Below, piece by piece: positions 8,784-18,424 of a stretch of DNA of 64,000 bases. Each line of letters opens with the position of its first letter. The first letter of the stretch is position 1. The notes below the pieces were generated by a model. The model was not told the origin of the DNA, made no database searches, and was given only the letters and a program-made list of their open reading frames with translations. The position numbers were made by a program, and so were the translations under genes. The stretch is from a virus (taxonomy: Duplodnaviria > Caudoviricetes): positions 484 to 64,483 of IMG/VR virus record IMGVR_UViG_3300047323_000320. The stretch is one strand, 5' to 3'.

Positions 8784-9049
8784 AAGTCCAACGCGGTGAC
8801 ATCGTTGAAACGTGGGGCCCGCACAGCAACGGCCACATGGAACAGAGCGGGTACGTCACGCACGTCTATGGCGAGGGCGACGAACCCGGCGTACTGGTGA
8901 ACCTGCACGTCATGGTCGACCTGGGCGCTCCGCTGATCGCAGCGGAAGTGCCCTGCTACCCGACGCGACAGCACGCGGTGGCGGCGCTCGCGGGCGCCTC
9001 GATGAGCAACGGCGGGGCACAGGTGTGCTGGCCACGGGAGACAACATGA
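8780..9049 (+). CDS. Hypothetical protein
   Basis: MKVQRGD start, coupled overlaps at both ends. Confidence 0.65.
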   Translation: MKVQRGDIVETWGPHSNGHMEQSGYVTHVYGEGDEPGVLVNLHVMVDLGAPLIAAEVPCYPTRQHAVAALAGASMSNGGAQVCWPRETT

Positions 9050-9444
9050 AAGCCGTTCACGGACCTCTGGCAGGACCGCTTGACTGCGTGAACCAGCAGC
9101 GCGTGGAAGAAGCGTGGGCCGCGTACGACCAGGCGCGGCAGACCGGACAGCTTTCGCTGGGGCCTGCGCGACCGAGTGCGCCGGGACTGCTGAACAAAGC
9201 GGCCGAACACATGGCCGAGCGCGCGAAGCAGTACGACAAGCCGGACGGCGAGCGTTCGATGGGCAAGGCGGTGCAGGCGTTCAACGCAATCACCGGCCGC
9301 GACCTCACCGAGCCGGAAGGCTGGCTGTTGCTGCAGGTGCTGAAAGACGTACGGCTGTTCCAGCGTGCCGGCTATCACGCCGACAGCGCTGAAGATTGCA
9401 TCGCCTACGCGGCCCTGAAGGCCGAAGCGAAGGCGCGCGAGTAA
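9046..9444 (+). CDS. DUF6378-like phage protein
   Basis: ER..QYD...GERSM...V.AFNAITG...GW..L..LK.VR...D..AYAAL pattern. Confidence 0.7.
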   Translation: MKAVHGPLAGPLDCVNQQRVEEAWAAYDQARQTGQLSLGPARPSAPGLLNKAAEHMAERAKQYDKPDGERSMGKAVQAFNAITGRDLTEPEGWLLLQVLKDVRLFQRAGYHADSAEDCIAYAALKAEAKARE

Positions 9445-9504
9445 CAGGGGATACGCGATGCGACCGGACTGTGACCGGGCATAAGCAAATCGCGACCCTC
9501 ATTC

Positions 9505-9532
9505 AGGCCCGCTTCGGCGGGCCTTTTCTTTT
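9505..9532 (+). terminator. Intrinsic terminator
   Basis: AGGCCCGC-TTCG-GCGGGCCT followed by a T-run. Confidence 0.8.
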
Positions 9533-9547
9533 CCACGGGGCGCTCGA

Positions 9548-9832
9548 ATGGACGGTGATCTTTTGAAAGTCGTGGTCACTGCCCTGGGGTCGGGCGGCCT
9601 GGTAGCGGCGCTGTTGCGAGTGATTGGGCCCGCACTGCGGCTCAACCAGGCCAGCAACGACGCAAGCAGTCGTGCGATTGCGCAATGGACCACGCTCTAC
9701 GACGAGCAGAAGAAGGAAACCGCAGAGGCGGTCGCTGCGCTCCGCGCCGCAGAAGAGCGCCTGCGCGCTGCCGAAGCACAGCTGGCCCAGGCCCTCGCGC
9801 GTATCCGTCAACTCGAAGAGAAACAGGTCTAG
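9548..9832 (+). CDS. Membrane protein with N-terminal TM helix and coiled coil
   Basis: Hydrophobic N-terminus, heptad-rich C-terminus. Confidence 0.7.
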   Translation: MDGDLLKVVVTALGSGGLVAALLRVIGPALRLNQASNDASSRAIAQWTTLYDEQKKETAEAVAALRAAEERLRAAEAQLAQALARIRQLEEKQV

Positions 9833-9834
9833 CC

Positions 9835-10056
9835 ATGACGAATTACACCCAGCGCGTTCGCGCCGCGATCTACACCATCCTCACGCTTCTGGCGATGTCA
9901 CTAACGATGACCGGATGGTACGCGCATGGCCTGGTGAAACAGACCCCTAGCCCCACGCCAATTGCGAGCGGGGCCTATCAGGGCTGCTCCGAACGACTAC
10001 GCGATACGCGCCCGCTTTGCGCGAGTTTCAGCGCGCCCTCGCGCAATGGGAGCTGA
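9835..10056 (+). CDS. Small single-TM protein
   Basis: ATG 9835 directly after the previous stop; hydrophobic segment. Confidence 0.55.
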   Translation: MTNYTQRVRAAIYTILTLLAMSLTMTGWYAHGLVKQTPSPTPIASGAYQGCSERLRDTRPLCASFSAPSRNGS

Positions 10057-10058
10057 GT

Positions 10059-12428
10059 ATGTTTGACGTTGAAAACCCGCCAGAACAGGCGCTGGACCCG
10101 CTGGACGATCAGACCGACCCGATGACGCCAGAAGAGGCCAAGGCCAAGGCGGAACAGGACCGCCTGGACCGTCTGCAGCTGTTTGAGGCGATGCTGTGCC
10201 AGCGGCGCATTGAGGCCGTGCAGGCGCGCGCCGCGTCCGGCATTGAACGCCAGTGGCTCGATGACATCGACAGCTACCAGGGCCGCGACGCGTCGACGCG
10301 TCGTGCGGACATTACCGCCGCAGCGGCCGCCGGCGGCGCCGTGTCGCCGCGCCGTGGATCGCCCAACGAATCGACGCAGGGCAACCGCTCCACCGTGTTC
10401 GTGCAGCTCACGCGGCAAAAGACCAACGCGGCCGCCGCGCGATGCGCCGACATGCTGTATCCGACCGACGACAAGAACTGGGGCATCAAACCGACGCCGG
10501 TTCCCCAGCTCTCGGATATGGTGAAGGGCCGCGCCGGCCAGCAGCAGGTTATGGAGAACGGCCAGGGGCTGATGCACCCGGACAACCCCCAGCAGCCGCT
10601 CACGTATTCGGACCTCGCCGCTGAGAAGATGCAGATTGCCGCGCAGAAAGCGAAGGCAATGCAGGACGAGATTGACGACCAGCTCACCGAGTGCCAGTAC
10701 AGCTATGAAGGCCGCAAGGTCATTCAGGACGCGGCCATGCTGGGCACGGGCATTCTGAAGGGGCCGAGTGTCGTCAATCGCACCGCGAAGAAGTGGGCGC
10801 CGCAAACCGACGTGGACCCACGCACGGGCCAGAAAACGACGGTGCAGGTGCTGCAGATGGTGCAACAGATTCGCCCGCGCAGCTACCGCGTGGACCCGTG
10901 GAACTTCTTCCCCGACCCCGCGTGCGGCGAGAACATCCAGGACGGCGCGTATGTGTACGAGCGCGAATACATGCCGGGGCGTGAACTCGCGAGACTGGCC
11001 AAGGTTCCCGGCTTCAACTCGGCCGCGATCATGGCGTGCCTGCGCGAAGGCCCGCAGACCGTTCGCGCTGAAGAAGGCGGCTACGACCAGCGCCGTGCGG
11101 CCGACACGGCCTACGATCGCGCAGGCGCCTACGACGATAAGCGCTTCGAGCTGTGGACGTACACGGGCGACGTGGCGCGCGACGACCTGATTGCTGCAGG
11201 CGTGGACGTGCCGGACGACGCAGAAGGCTGGCTGACGACGCTCTCAGGCGTGTTCGTCATGTGCAACAACCGCGTTATCAAGGCGATGCTTAACCCGCTC
11301 GATGCGGGCGATTTTCCCTACGACGTGTTCGTATGGGAGCGCGTCGCGCTCTCGCCGTTTGGCGTGGGTATCCCGTACCTGATGCGCTACGCACAGCGCA
11401 CGCTCAACGCAGCGTGGCGCGCGATGCTGGACAACATGGCACTGTCGTCCGGCCCGCAGATCGTCATGAACAAGCGCGCCGTCACGCCGGCCGATGGCGA
11501 CTGGAACCTCACCGCGCGCAAGTTGTGGTGGATGGAGGACGGCGAGGACGTGCAGAAGGCGTTCTGGGTATTCGAGATTCCCTCTCACCAGAGCGAAATC
11601 AGCGCGATCATCGACCTCGCCCAGCGCTTCGCCGACGAAGAAACCAGCCTGCCGCAGATCGCGCAGGGTGAGCAGGGCACCGCGCCGGAAACAGTCGGCG
11701 GCATGTCGATCCTGATGAACAGCGCGAACACGGTGTTGCGTCGCCTGGTCAAGCAGTTCGATGACATGGTGACGCGCCCGCACATCCGCCGGTATTACGA
11801 CTGGAACATGGCCTACAACCCCAAGGAAGAGATCAAGGGCGACTTTGAGATCGACGCGCGGGGCTCGACGGTGCTGATCGTGCGCGACCAGCAACAGCAG
11901 GCCGTCATGCAGCTGTTCCAGATGGCGGACAGTCCGACGTTCGGTATCTACGTGGACCCGGAAAAGCTGTTCCGCAAGGGTCTCGAAATGAATCACCTGA
12001 CGCCCGACGACGTTATGCGGACGGAAGCGGAGATTCAGCAGAAGCAGAAGGAGCTGGCGAACCAGAAAGCGCCGGTCGATCCGCGTGTGCAGGCCGCGCA
12101 GGTGCAGGCCCAGGCCCGTGTGCAGGAAGCCAAGATCAGCGTGCAGGGCGAGCAGGCATATATCGCTACCCAGCAACAGATCGCGCGCGACGATCACGCC
12201 GCGCAGATGGGCGAGCTGCAGATGAAGCGCGAGCTGGCGATCCTGGACTACGCGAACAAGAACCAGATGCAGCTCAATCAGGTGAAGGCCGACCTGGCGA
12301 TGCTGGCGCTGAAGCTGAACAGCGATCACGCCATGAAAAACGCCGAGCTGCAGACCCGTTCCTCGCAACAGACCGGCCCCGCCGATGCAGCGACCCCCGT
12401 TCAATCACCCGATAAGGCGCTCCAATGA
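10059..12428 (+). CDS. Portal protein (P22/Bcep22-like, long C-terminal coiled coil)
   Basis: Position after terL; GTGILKGP, VDPWNFFPDP and Gln-rich barrel; GGGAG SD before ATG 10059. Confidence 0.85.
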   Translation: MFDVENPPEQALDPLDDQTDPMTPEEAKAKAEQDRLDRLQLFEAMLCQRRIEAVQARAASGIERQWLDDIDSYQGRDASTRRADITAAAAAGGAVSPRRGSPNESTQGNRSTVFVQLTRQKTNAAAARCADMLYPTDDKNWGIKPTPVPQLSDMVKGRAGQQQVMENGQGLMHPDNPQQPLTYSDLAAEKMQIAAQKAKAMQDEIDDQLTECQYSYEGRKVIQDAAMLGTGILKGPSVVNRTAKKWAPQTDVDPRTGQKTTVQVLQMVQQIRPRSYRVDPWNFFPDPACGENIQDGAYVYEREYMPGRELARLAKVPGFNSAAIMACLREGPQTVRAEEGGYDQRRAADTAYDRAGAYDDKRFELWTYTGDVARDDLIAAGVDVPDDAEGWLTTLSGVFVMCNNRVIKAMLNPLDAGDFPYDVFVWERVALSPFGVGIPYLMRYAQRTLNAAWRAMLDNMALSSGPQIVMNKRAVTPADGDWNLTARKLWWMEDGEDVQKAFWVFEIPSHQSEISAIIDLAQRFADEETSLPQIAQGEQGTAPETVGGMSILMNSANTVLRRLVKQFDDMVTRPHIRRYYDWNMAYNPKEEIKGDFEIDARGSTVLIVRDQQQQAVMQLFQMADSPTFGIYVDPEKLFRKGLEMNHLTPDDVMRTEAEIQQKQKELANQKAPVDPRVQAAQVQAQARVQEAKISVQGEQAYIATQQQIARDDHAAQMGELQMKRELAILDYANKNQMQLNQVKADLAMLALKLNSDHAMKNAELQTRSSQQTGPADAATPVQSPDKALQ

Positions 12429-12796
12429 GCACAAAAAACACCATCGTCGTTCCCCAGGGGATGCCGAACATTCGCATCGTGCAATGGGCGGCGCTCGCTA
12501 ACGGTGAAGCCGGCGACGCGATCGGCGCGGACTTCGCGCCCTGGTCCGATCGTTCCGTGCAGGTGGCGGGCACGTTCGGCGCAAGTGGTTCGGTCCTGTG
12601 GGAAGGATCGAATGACGGCGTGAATTGGGCCACGCTGAACGCGCCGCAAGGCACGGCACTGACCTGGGCCACGACGGCAATCAAGCAGGTGCTGGAAGGC
12701 GCGCTGCTGATGCGCCCGCGCGTCACGGCGGGCGACGGCACCACGTCGCTGATTGTCACGGTGCAGTTGCGACTGCCCACACTTCGCGCAGGCTGA
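12425..12796 (+). CDS. Putative virion beta-sandwich protein
   Basis: VQV.GTF...SV..EGS.DG.NW motif; coupled to the portal gene. Confidence 0.6.
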   Translation: MSTKNTIVVPQGMPNIRIVQWAALANGEAGDAIGADFAPWSDRSVQVAGTFGASGSVLWEGSNDGVNWATLNAPQGTALTWATTAIKQVLEGALLMRPRVTAGDGTTSLIVTVQLRLPTLRAG

Positions 12797-12872
12797 AAGC
12801 GGTATCGCGTCCACGCGCTTATAAACGGCTCGCTGTTTAGGAGCCCTTAACAAAACTCAGGAAGGGAAGATC

Positions 12873-13640
12873 ATGAGCGATATTCAAGCGACGCCTGCCG
12901 AACAGCCGCAGGACGAGAACACCGTAGCAGTGAGCGCCGCGCCCGCTGACTCGGGAAACACATCTGCGTCCGCTGCCTCGGAAGGGGCAACGTCTACAAC
13001 GGCCTCTGCCTCGCCTGCCAGCGGTTCGACAAGCGAAGCCGCGACGACTAGCGCCGCGCCCACGGAGACCGCGCCCGCAACGGACGCGATCACCCCGGCA
13101 GTTTCTGACGCCGACATGGCTAACGCAGCTGCGCAGCTGGAGCTGCTGGTCAATCTGTTCACTGGCGTCACGGCCGCACGCGCGGCGCTCTCGCAAGTGG
13201 CCTCGCTCGCTAACGCGATCGGCGAGCGCACCACGAAGCTCGCGGGCATCAACACCGACATCGCTTCGGCCCAGGCCCAGCTCGACTCCCTGCAATCGCA
13301 GGTTGCCGCGAATCAGGACAACGCCGCGACGATCGTGGCCGCTGCTGTCTCGATGGCGGGCAGCAAACAGGCCGAAGCCGAGAAGTACGCGGCGGACCTG
13401 AAGGCGTCGGCCGTGCAGGCGAACGCCGCGCTGCGTGAAGCGGCGGTTGCCGAGTGCGACGCCATGCGCGCGTCGGCCGACACGTACGTTGCGGCCGCCC
13501 GCGCCCAGGTGCAGCAGGCAACGACGGAACTGACCGACTTGCACTCGCGCAAGACGATTGCGACGGGCGAACTCAGTGACCTGGAAACCAAGGTTGCCGT
13601 GGCGCGCGCGAACCTGCGCACGATCCTGGGAGATAGCTAA
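12873..13640 (+). CDS. Ala-rich coiled-coil protein
   Basis: Disordered N-terminus followed by a long heptad region. Confidence 0.7.
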   Translation: MSDIQATPAEQPQDENTVAVSAAPADSGNTSASAASEGATSTTASASPASGSTSEAATTSAAPTETAPATDAITPAVSDADMANAAAQLELLVNLFTGVTAARAALSQVASLANAIGERTTKLAGINTDIASAQAQLDSLQSQVAANQDNAATIVAAAVSMAGSKQAEAEKYAADLKASAVQANAALREAAVAECDAMRASADTYVAAARAQVQQATTELTDLHSRKTIATGELSDLETKVAVARANLRTILGDS

Positions 13641-14032
13641 TGACCATCGGCCTCGCAACGGCCGTGCGCAATGCGATGCTGGATGCGATCACCACGCAGG
13701 CCGGCGCAAGCGCACTGCTGCGAATCTACGACGGCACGCGCCCGGCAACCGGCGGCACGGCGACCAACAAGCTCGCTGAGCTGACGTGCAGCGCGACGCT
13801 GGGCGCCGCGTCCAGCGGGGGCGTGCTGACGCTGAACAGCATCACGTCGGCAAGCGCGCTGCTCTCGGGCACCGCGACCTGGTTCCGGCTGGTCAAGTCG
13901 GACGGTACGACCGTCATCATGGATGGCTCGGTGGGCACATCGGGGTCCGACATCAACCTCAATAGCACGTCTATCAGCTCGGGCGCGACGGTCTCCGTCA
14001 CGTCCGGTTCGATCACGGCGGGCAATCCCTGA
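13640..14032 (+). CDS. Putative virion structural protein
   Basis: RNAMLDAI...LRIYDG.RP...GTATWFR...DG.VG pattern typical of phage fibre-associated proteins. Confidence 0.65.
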   Translation: MTIGLATAVRNAMLDAITTQAGASALLRIYDGTRPATGGTATNKLAELTCSATLGAASSGGVLTLNSITSASALLSGTATWFRLVKSDGTTVIMDGSVGTSGSDINLNSTSISSGATVSVTSGSITAGNP

Positions 14033-14054
14033 CGCTGGCTAACCGGAGACAGGC

Positions 14055-15722
14055 ATGGCGACAGTAACCGTCTACCTGACTGGCTCCGGTAACTGGCCGA
14101 AGCCGGCGGACTGGGACGACACCATTTCCGGCCCCACGGCAACCGCTGAAGCGTGGGGCGCGGGTGGCGGTACGACGGCTGATGGATCGTTCGGCGCATC
14201 GGGCGCCGGCTCTGGCGCCTACTCGAAGTCCACGGGCTTCACGTTCGGCGCGGCATCGTCGCTGCCGTACGTGTGCGGCGCGGGCGGTGCATTGGCCGTC
14301 ACGAACAACACCCCTGGTAATGGCGGCTCAACCCGCTTCGGCGGCACGACGCTATCGAACGCGATCGCGTCCGCCAACGGCGGTAACGGCGGCCTGCCGG
14401 GTAACACCAACCAGGTCGCGGGCGGCACCGGCGGCACCACGACCGGCACCGTCGGCACGACGCTCAAGCGCGCGGGCACAGCCGGCGCCAAGGGTGGCGA
14501 CAACAGCGCGACGGGCGGCGGTGGCGGTACGGGTGGCGGCGGTGCAGGCGCGCCGGGACCGGACGCCATTGCGCCGACGCCTTCCAATCCAGGCACGTCG
14601 CTGAACAACGGCACGGCCGGCTCCCATGGCGACGGCACGACCGGCACCGGCACGGGCGGCACGGCCGGCACGCTGGCGAGCCCGAACGGCGGCAACGGCG
14701 GCAACGATAAGGACAAGGGCGGCGGTGGCGGTGGCGGCGGTGGCGGTGACACGCTCAACGTCATCGGCAACGGCGGCAACGGCGGCTTCCCCGGCGGCGG
14801 TGCAGGCGGCGGTTCGAACTTCGGTGGCGGTTCTGGCGGCAAGGGCGGCGACGGCGGTATCAAGATCACGTACACGTCCGCGACGAGCAGCACGACCGGC
14901 ACACTCGCGACGACCCTGGCTGGCGTTACTGCGTCGATCACGGAGACCGAGACTTTCAGCGGCGCCCTCGCGACGACGCTGGGCAATGCCGTAGCGTCAA
15001 TGAGCGGCGCTGAGACCTTCAGCGGCCCGCTGGCGCCCTCGCTGGGCGCGGCGACGTTCACAGGTAGCGGCACGGTCAGCGGGCCATCTGGAAGCCTTGT
15101 AACGACGCTTGCGAATGCAACGATGTCGGCGAGCGGCGCGGAGAAATTCAGCGGCCCGCTCGCGACCGCAGGCGCCAACGCGACGATGGCGGGCGCCGGG
15201 GCCGAGACCTTCAGCGGCGCGCTGGCGGCAACGCTGGCCAACGCGTCGATGGCGGCGGCCGGCACGGTCCAGATTCTGAGCGGCACGCTGGCCGCGACCC
15301 TGGCGAATGCCGTGGCCGCGATCACGGCGAACCTGGGCGAAAGCGGGGCACTCGCGGCCACGCTGGCCAACGCCACGTTCAGCGGCGCGGCCCAGGAGAT
15401 TTTCAGCGGCGCGCTCACGCCGTCGCTGGCCGATGCGTCGATGTCGGGGCTGGGTAACGAACGCTTCGCGGGCACGCTGGCGCCGTCGCTGGGCGACGCC
15501 ACGCTGTCGGCGGCCGCGCTGGAAACGTTCAGCGGGCCGCTCACGGTGGCGCTGGCCAATGCCACGTTCGCCGGCGCGGGCACGCAGTTTACCGCCAGCT
15601 CGACGCTGAACGTCACGCTGGCCAACGCCACGATGGACGCATACGGCAACGTGCCGCAGGACGCTATCCCGGAAGAAAGCGGCTACTGGATCACGCACCT
15701 GCGGCGTGACCATCAACTTTAA
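14055..15722 (+). CDS. Gly-rich fibre-like virion protein with ~21-23-aa repeats
   Basis: GAGGG-rich N-terminal domain, then repeated ETFSGxLAxxLxNA. Confidence 0.75.
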   Translation: MATVTVYLTGSGNWPKPADWDDTISGPTATAEAWGAGGGTTADGSFGASGAGSGAYSKSTGFTFGAASSLPYVCGAGGALAVTNNTPGNGGSTRFGGTTLSNAIASANGGNGGLPGNTNQVAGGTGGTTTGTVGTTLKRAGTAGAKGGDNSATGGGGGTGGGGAGAPGPDAIAPTPSNPGTSLNNGTAGSHGDGTTGTGTGGTAGTLASPNGGNGGNDKDKGGGGGGGGGGDTLNVIGNGGNGGFPGGGAGGGSNFGGGSGGKGGDGGIKITYTSATSSTTGTLATTLAGVTASITETETFSGALATTLGNAVASMSGAETFSGPLAPSLGAATFTGSGTVSGPSGSLVTTLANATMSASGAEKFSGPLATAGANATMAGAGAETFSGALAATLANASMAAAGTVQILSGTLAATLANAVAAITANLGESGALAATLANATFSGAAQEIFSGALTPSLADASMSGLGNERFAGTLAPSLGDATLSAAALETFSGPLTVALANATFAGAGTQFTASSTLNVTLANATMDAYGNVPQDAIPEESGYWITHLRRDHQL

Positions 15723-15731
15723 GAGGCCCCC

Positions 15732-17081
15732 ATGAAACCAATGCTCCCGCGCCGTGTAGACGGCCAGGGCGAGAAGGGCGAGATTACCGTCAGCCGTGAC
15801 TGCCAGCGCGCGTATGTCCATGATGGTCACTCGCGCACCGGCCTGTCGCTGCGCGACTTCACGGGCGTCGGCATGAACCGTGTGCATGACGACATTCTCG
15901 TGCATCGCAGCGCGCCGCAGCGGATCATCGTCTACGGCGACTCGATCACGCAGACGAACTCGTACAGCGGCATTCCTGACGGCTCGCCCCCGCGCACGGA
16001 AATGTGGACGCAGGGGTATGGCTACGCCGAGCAGAGCATCGCTCGCAGCCTCAAGCCGTACCGCTATATCCGCAACGCGGGCATCGCGGGGCAGACCACG
16101 GCACAGATTCTTGCGCGGCTCCATGACGACGTGCTGGCCTACAAGCCGGATGTCGTCCTGCTGATGGCGGGCACGAACGACATTCTGCAAGGCCAGGTCG
16201 ACCAGTCATACACAGCCATGATGAGCAATATTGAGCTGATGGTGATTGGCATGTTGGAGAACGGCTGCGACGTGATTCTCGCGACGCCGCCAGCGAAAGA
16301 CAGCGCGCCGGATGAAACGCGCATGGCGATCCAGTTTTTCTACATGCTGGCCGACTTTTACAACCTGCCACTGCTCGATACCTACAAGATCACCGTCAAC
16401 CCGCAGACCGGCATGTACAAGGCCGGCTATTCGGCGGACGGCGTGCACCCGAACCCGGTGGCGATCGACGCGATTGCAGTGGAAGGCGCGAAGGTGCTGG
16501 CCGAGCCGTGGAAGTACACGAACCCCACGTACCTCGCAGCAGTCTCCGAAGCGACCGTGGGCAACCGGCCGAACCTCATCGGCAATGGCTCGTTCGCGCT
16601 GCCGCCGTCGCCGATCGACGGCACGACGCTGCAGGCATGGGATGTTGGCGTCGATCACGCGACGTTCACCTGGAATACACCGGCCGCGCTGCCCTACACC
16701 GGGAACAACTTCGTTTTCACGCAGAACGCAGGCGCCGGCGGTGGCCAGTACGGCCTCTATGGCTCCGGTGTCAGTACCGGCTACAAGGAAGGCGATGTGC
16801 TGGTGGGCTCGCTGCACATGAAAACCACGGGCCTGACCGTCGCGAGCGCGCAGGGCTTCACGTTTGGCTTCGGCTTCGACAACGGTGATAACGCGCGGCT
16901 GACGAATCAGTGGCCATACAACGCCGAGTGGGTTCTGTCGCAGGAAATCATCGTGCCGAAGAACCCCGGCAACATCATCCCGACGCTGTATCTGCAGGAT
17001 GTCGGCGTGTACACGGTGAATAACGTGACGCTCTGGAACAAGACGGCGGCCGAGGCAATCTGGAAACCTGGCCAGCTATGA
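15732..17081 (+). CDS. SGNH/GDSL hydrolase with a C-terminal beta-rich domain
   Basis: GDSIT, NAGIAG, GTND and DGVHPN blocks. Confidence 0.9.
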   Translation: MKPMLPRRVDGQGEKGEITVSRDCQRAYVHDGHSRTGLSLRDFTGVGMNRVHDDILVHRSAPQRIIVYGDSITQTNSYSGIPDGSPPRTEMWTQGYGYAEQSIARSLKPYRYIRNAGIAGQTTAQILARLHDDVLAYKPDVVLLMAGTNDILQGQVDQSYTAMMSNIELMVIGMLENGCDVILATPPAKDSAPDETRMAIQFFYMLADFYNLPLLDTYKITVNPQTGMYKAGYSADGVHPNPVAIDAIAVEGAKVLAEPWKYTNPTYLAAVSEATVGNRPNLIGNGSFALPPSPIDGTTLQAWDVGVDHATFTWNTPAALPYTGNNFVFTQNAGAGGGQYGLYGSGVSTGYKEGDVLVGSLHMKTTGLTVASAQGFTFGFGFDNGDNARLTNQWPYNAEWVLSQEIIVPKNPGNIIPTLYLQDVGVYTVNNVTLWNKTAAEAIWKPGQL

Positions 17082-17305
17082 AAATTGATACGCAGTCCCG
17101 CACATGGCAGGAGATTCAGGCTTATCTGACTCAACGCCTCGCCAAGTGCCGCGAGAAGAACGACAGCGGCAAGCTCGATGCGACAGCGACCGCGCTGCTT
17201 CGCGGCGAGATTGCCGCCGTTAAGGATTTGCTCGCCCTACCTCACCAGGTAGCGCGGGTCGAAAGGGATGATCCTGGTTATGGCACCGACGAACTGGACC
17301 GCTAA
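17078..17305 (+). CDS. Small conserved head-region protein
   Basis: LRGEIAAVKDLL motif; lies just before the scaffold gene. Confidence 0.7.
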   Translation: MKIDTQSRTWQEIQAYLTQRLAKCREKNDSGKLDATATALLRGEIAAVKDLLALPHQVARVERDDPGYGTDELDR

Positions 17306-17328
17306 GACCACGACCGTCCTAAATCACC

Positions 17329-17356
17329 AAGCCCGCCGATACGAGCGGGCTTTTTT
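17329..17356 (+). terminator. Intrinsic terminator
   Basis: AAGCCCGC...GCGGGCTTTTTT. Confidence 0.7.
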
Positions 17357-17371
17357 ACGCCTGGAGCGAGC

Positions 17372-18271
17372 ATGACTGTCGATAACGGAACGCCGGAACT
17401 CACTGAACAACAGCTTTGGGACCAGGAGGCGCAACTTGCCAACGATCCCCCAGCCGCCGCAGCGACCCCGGCAGAACCGAAACCCGCTGAAACCGTAACT
17501 GACCCGAAGCCTGCCACGCCGGCCGCAGCTGCGGCGCCGGTCGATCCATACGAGGGCCTGCACCCAGCCGTACGCGCGAAGCTGGAAGCGCAGGACCAGT
17601 TGGCAGACCGGCTTCGCAAGACTGAAGGCCACATCGGCGGCCTGGTATCTGAGAACAAGCGCATCAGGGATGAGCTGGCCGCCGCGAAAGCCGCCGCCGA
17701 AGCCGTCCGGGTGGCGCCGACTCAGGCACAGGTTGCCCAGGCGAAGGCGAGTACGGAGAAGTGGGACCAGTTGAAAACGGATTTTCCCGAATGGGCTGAT
17801 GCCCTTGAGGAACGCCTTGGCGCTACCGCCCAGCCGGACTTCGAGGGCCTGCGGAACCAGATTCGGGATGAGCTGACCCCGCAGCTGACGCAACAAATCT
17901 CGTCGCAGCTGAAGGCCGAGATTGCTGCCGAGACTGAAGGGCGACTGGTGAACATTGCGCATCGTGGCTGGACGGACACGGTTAAGAGTCCAGAGTTTAT
18001 TTCCTGGTACGAAGCGCAGCCGGCAGACGTGAAAGCACTTGGCGCAAGCCCCACCGCAGAAGATGCGATCGCATTGCTTGATTCGTACAAGGCCGCTACG
18101 GCGGGCAAGCCGAGCGCGGCGCAAATCAAGCAGCAGCGGCAGCAACGGATGCAGGAAGCCGCAACCGTGGCGCGTGGAAACCAGGGCGGCGCCCCTGTCA
18201 AGAGTACCGATGACATGAGCCCCGAAGAGTACTGGAACCATCTGGCACGAGTCGACGCGGCGAAGAGATAG
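17372..18271 (+). CDS. Scaffolding protein (putative)
   Basis: Helical and acidic; immediately upstream of the major capsid gene. Confidence 0.7.
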   Translation: MTVDNGTPELTEQQLWDQEAQLANDPPAAAATPAEPKPAETVTDPKPATPAAAAAPVDPYEGLHPAVRAKLEAQDQLADRLRKTEGHIGGLVSENKRIRDELAAAKAAAEAVRVAPTQAQVAQAKASTEKWDQLKTDFPEWADALEERLGATAQPDFEGLRNQIRDELTPQLTQQISSQLKAEIAAETEGRLVNIAHRGWTDTVKSPEFISWYEAQPADVKALGASPTAEDAIALLDSYKAATAGKPSAAQIKQQRQQRMQEAATVARGNQGGAPVKSTDDMSPEEYWNHLARVDAAKR

Positions 18272-18280
18272 GAGCCAGCG

Positions 18281-18424
18281 ATGGCGACACAGGGTTACGG
18301 GACCAGTCCCGGCCGCAACTCCGCAAATGCAGTCGGTACGTCGCTCCCACGGTCGGTCACGACCAAGCCCGTGCCGCTGATCCTTTCCGCAATGAAAAAA
18401 CCTGTTAAGGGGAAGTCAAAATGA
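18281..18424 (+). CDS. 47-aa ORF whose N-terminus resembles the capsid N-terminus
   Basis: GGAG SD; MATQGYGTSPGRN...KGKSK; TGA overlaps the capsid ATG. Confidence 0.6.
   Translation: MATQGYGTSPGRNSANAVGTSLPRSVTTKPVPLILSAMKKPVKGKSK

Noticed and set aside
18390-18424. Programmed frameshift at ATGAAAAAAC fusing the mini-ORF to the capsid protein
   Set aside because: The capsid frame has a TAA at 18406, and the heptamer is not a canonical slippery site in frame
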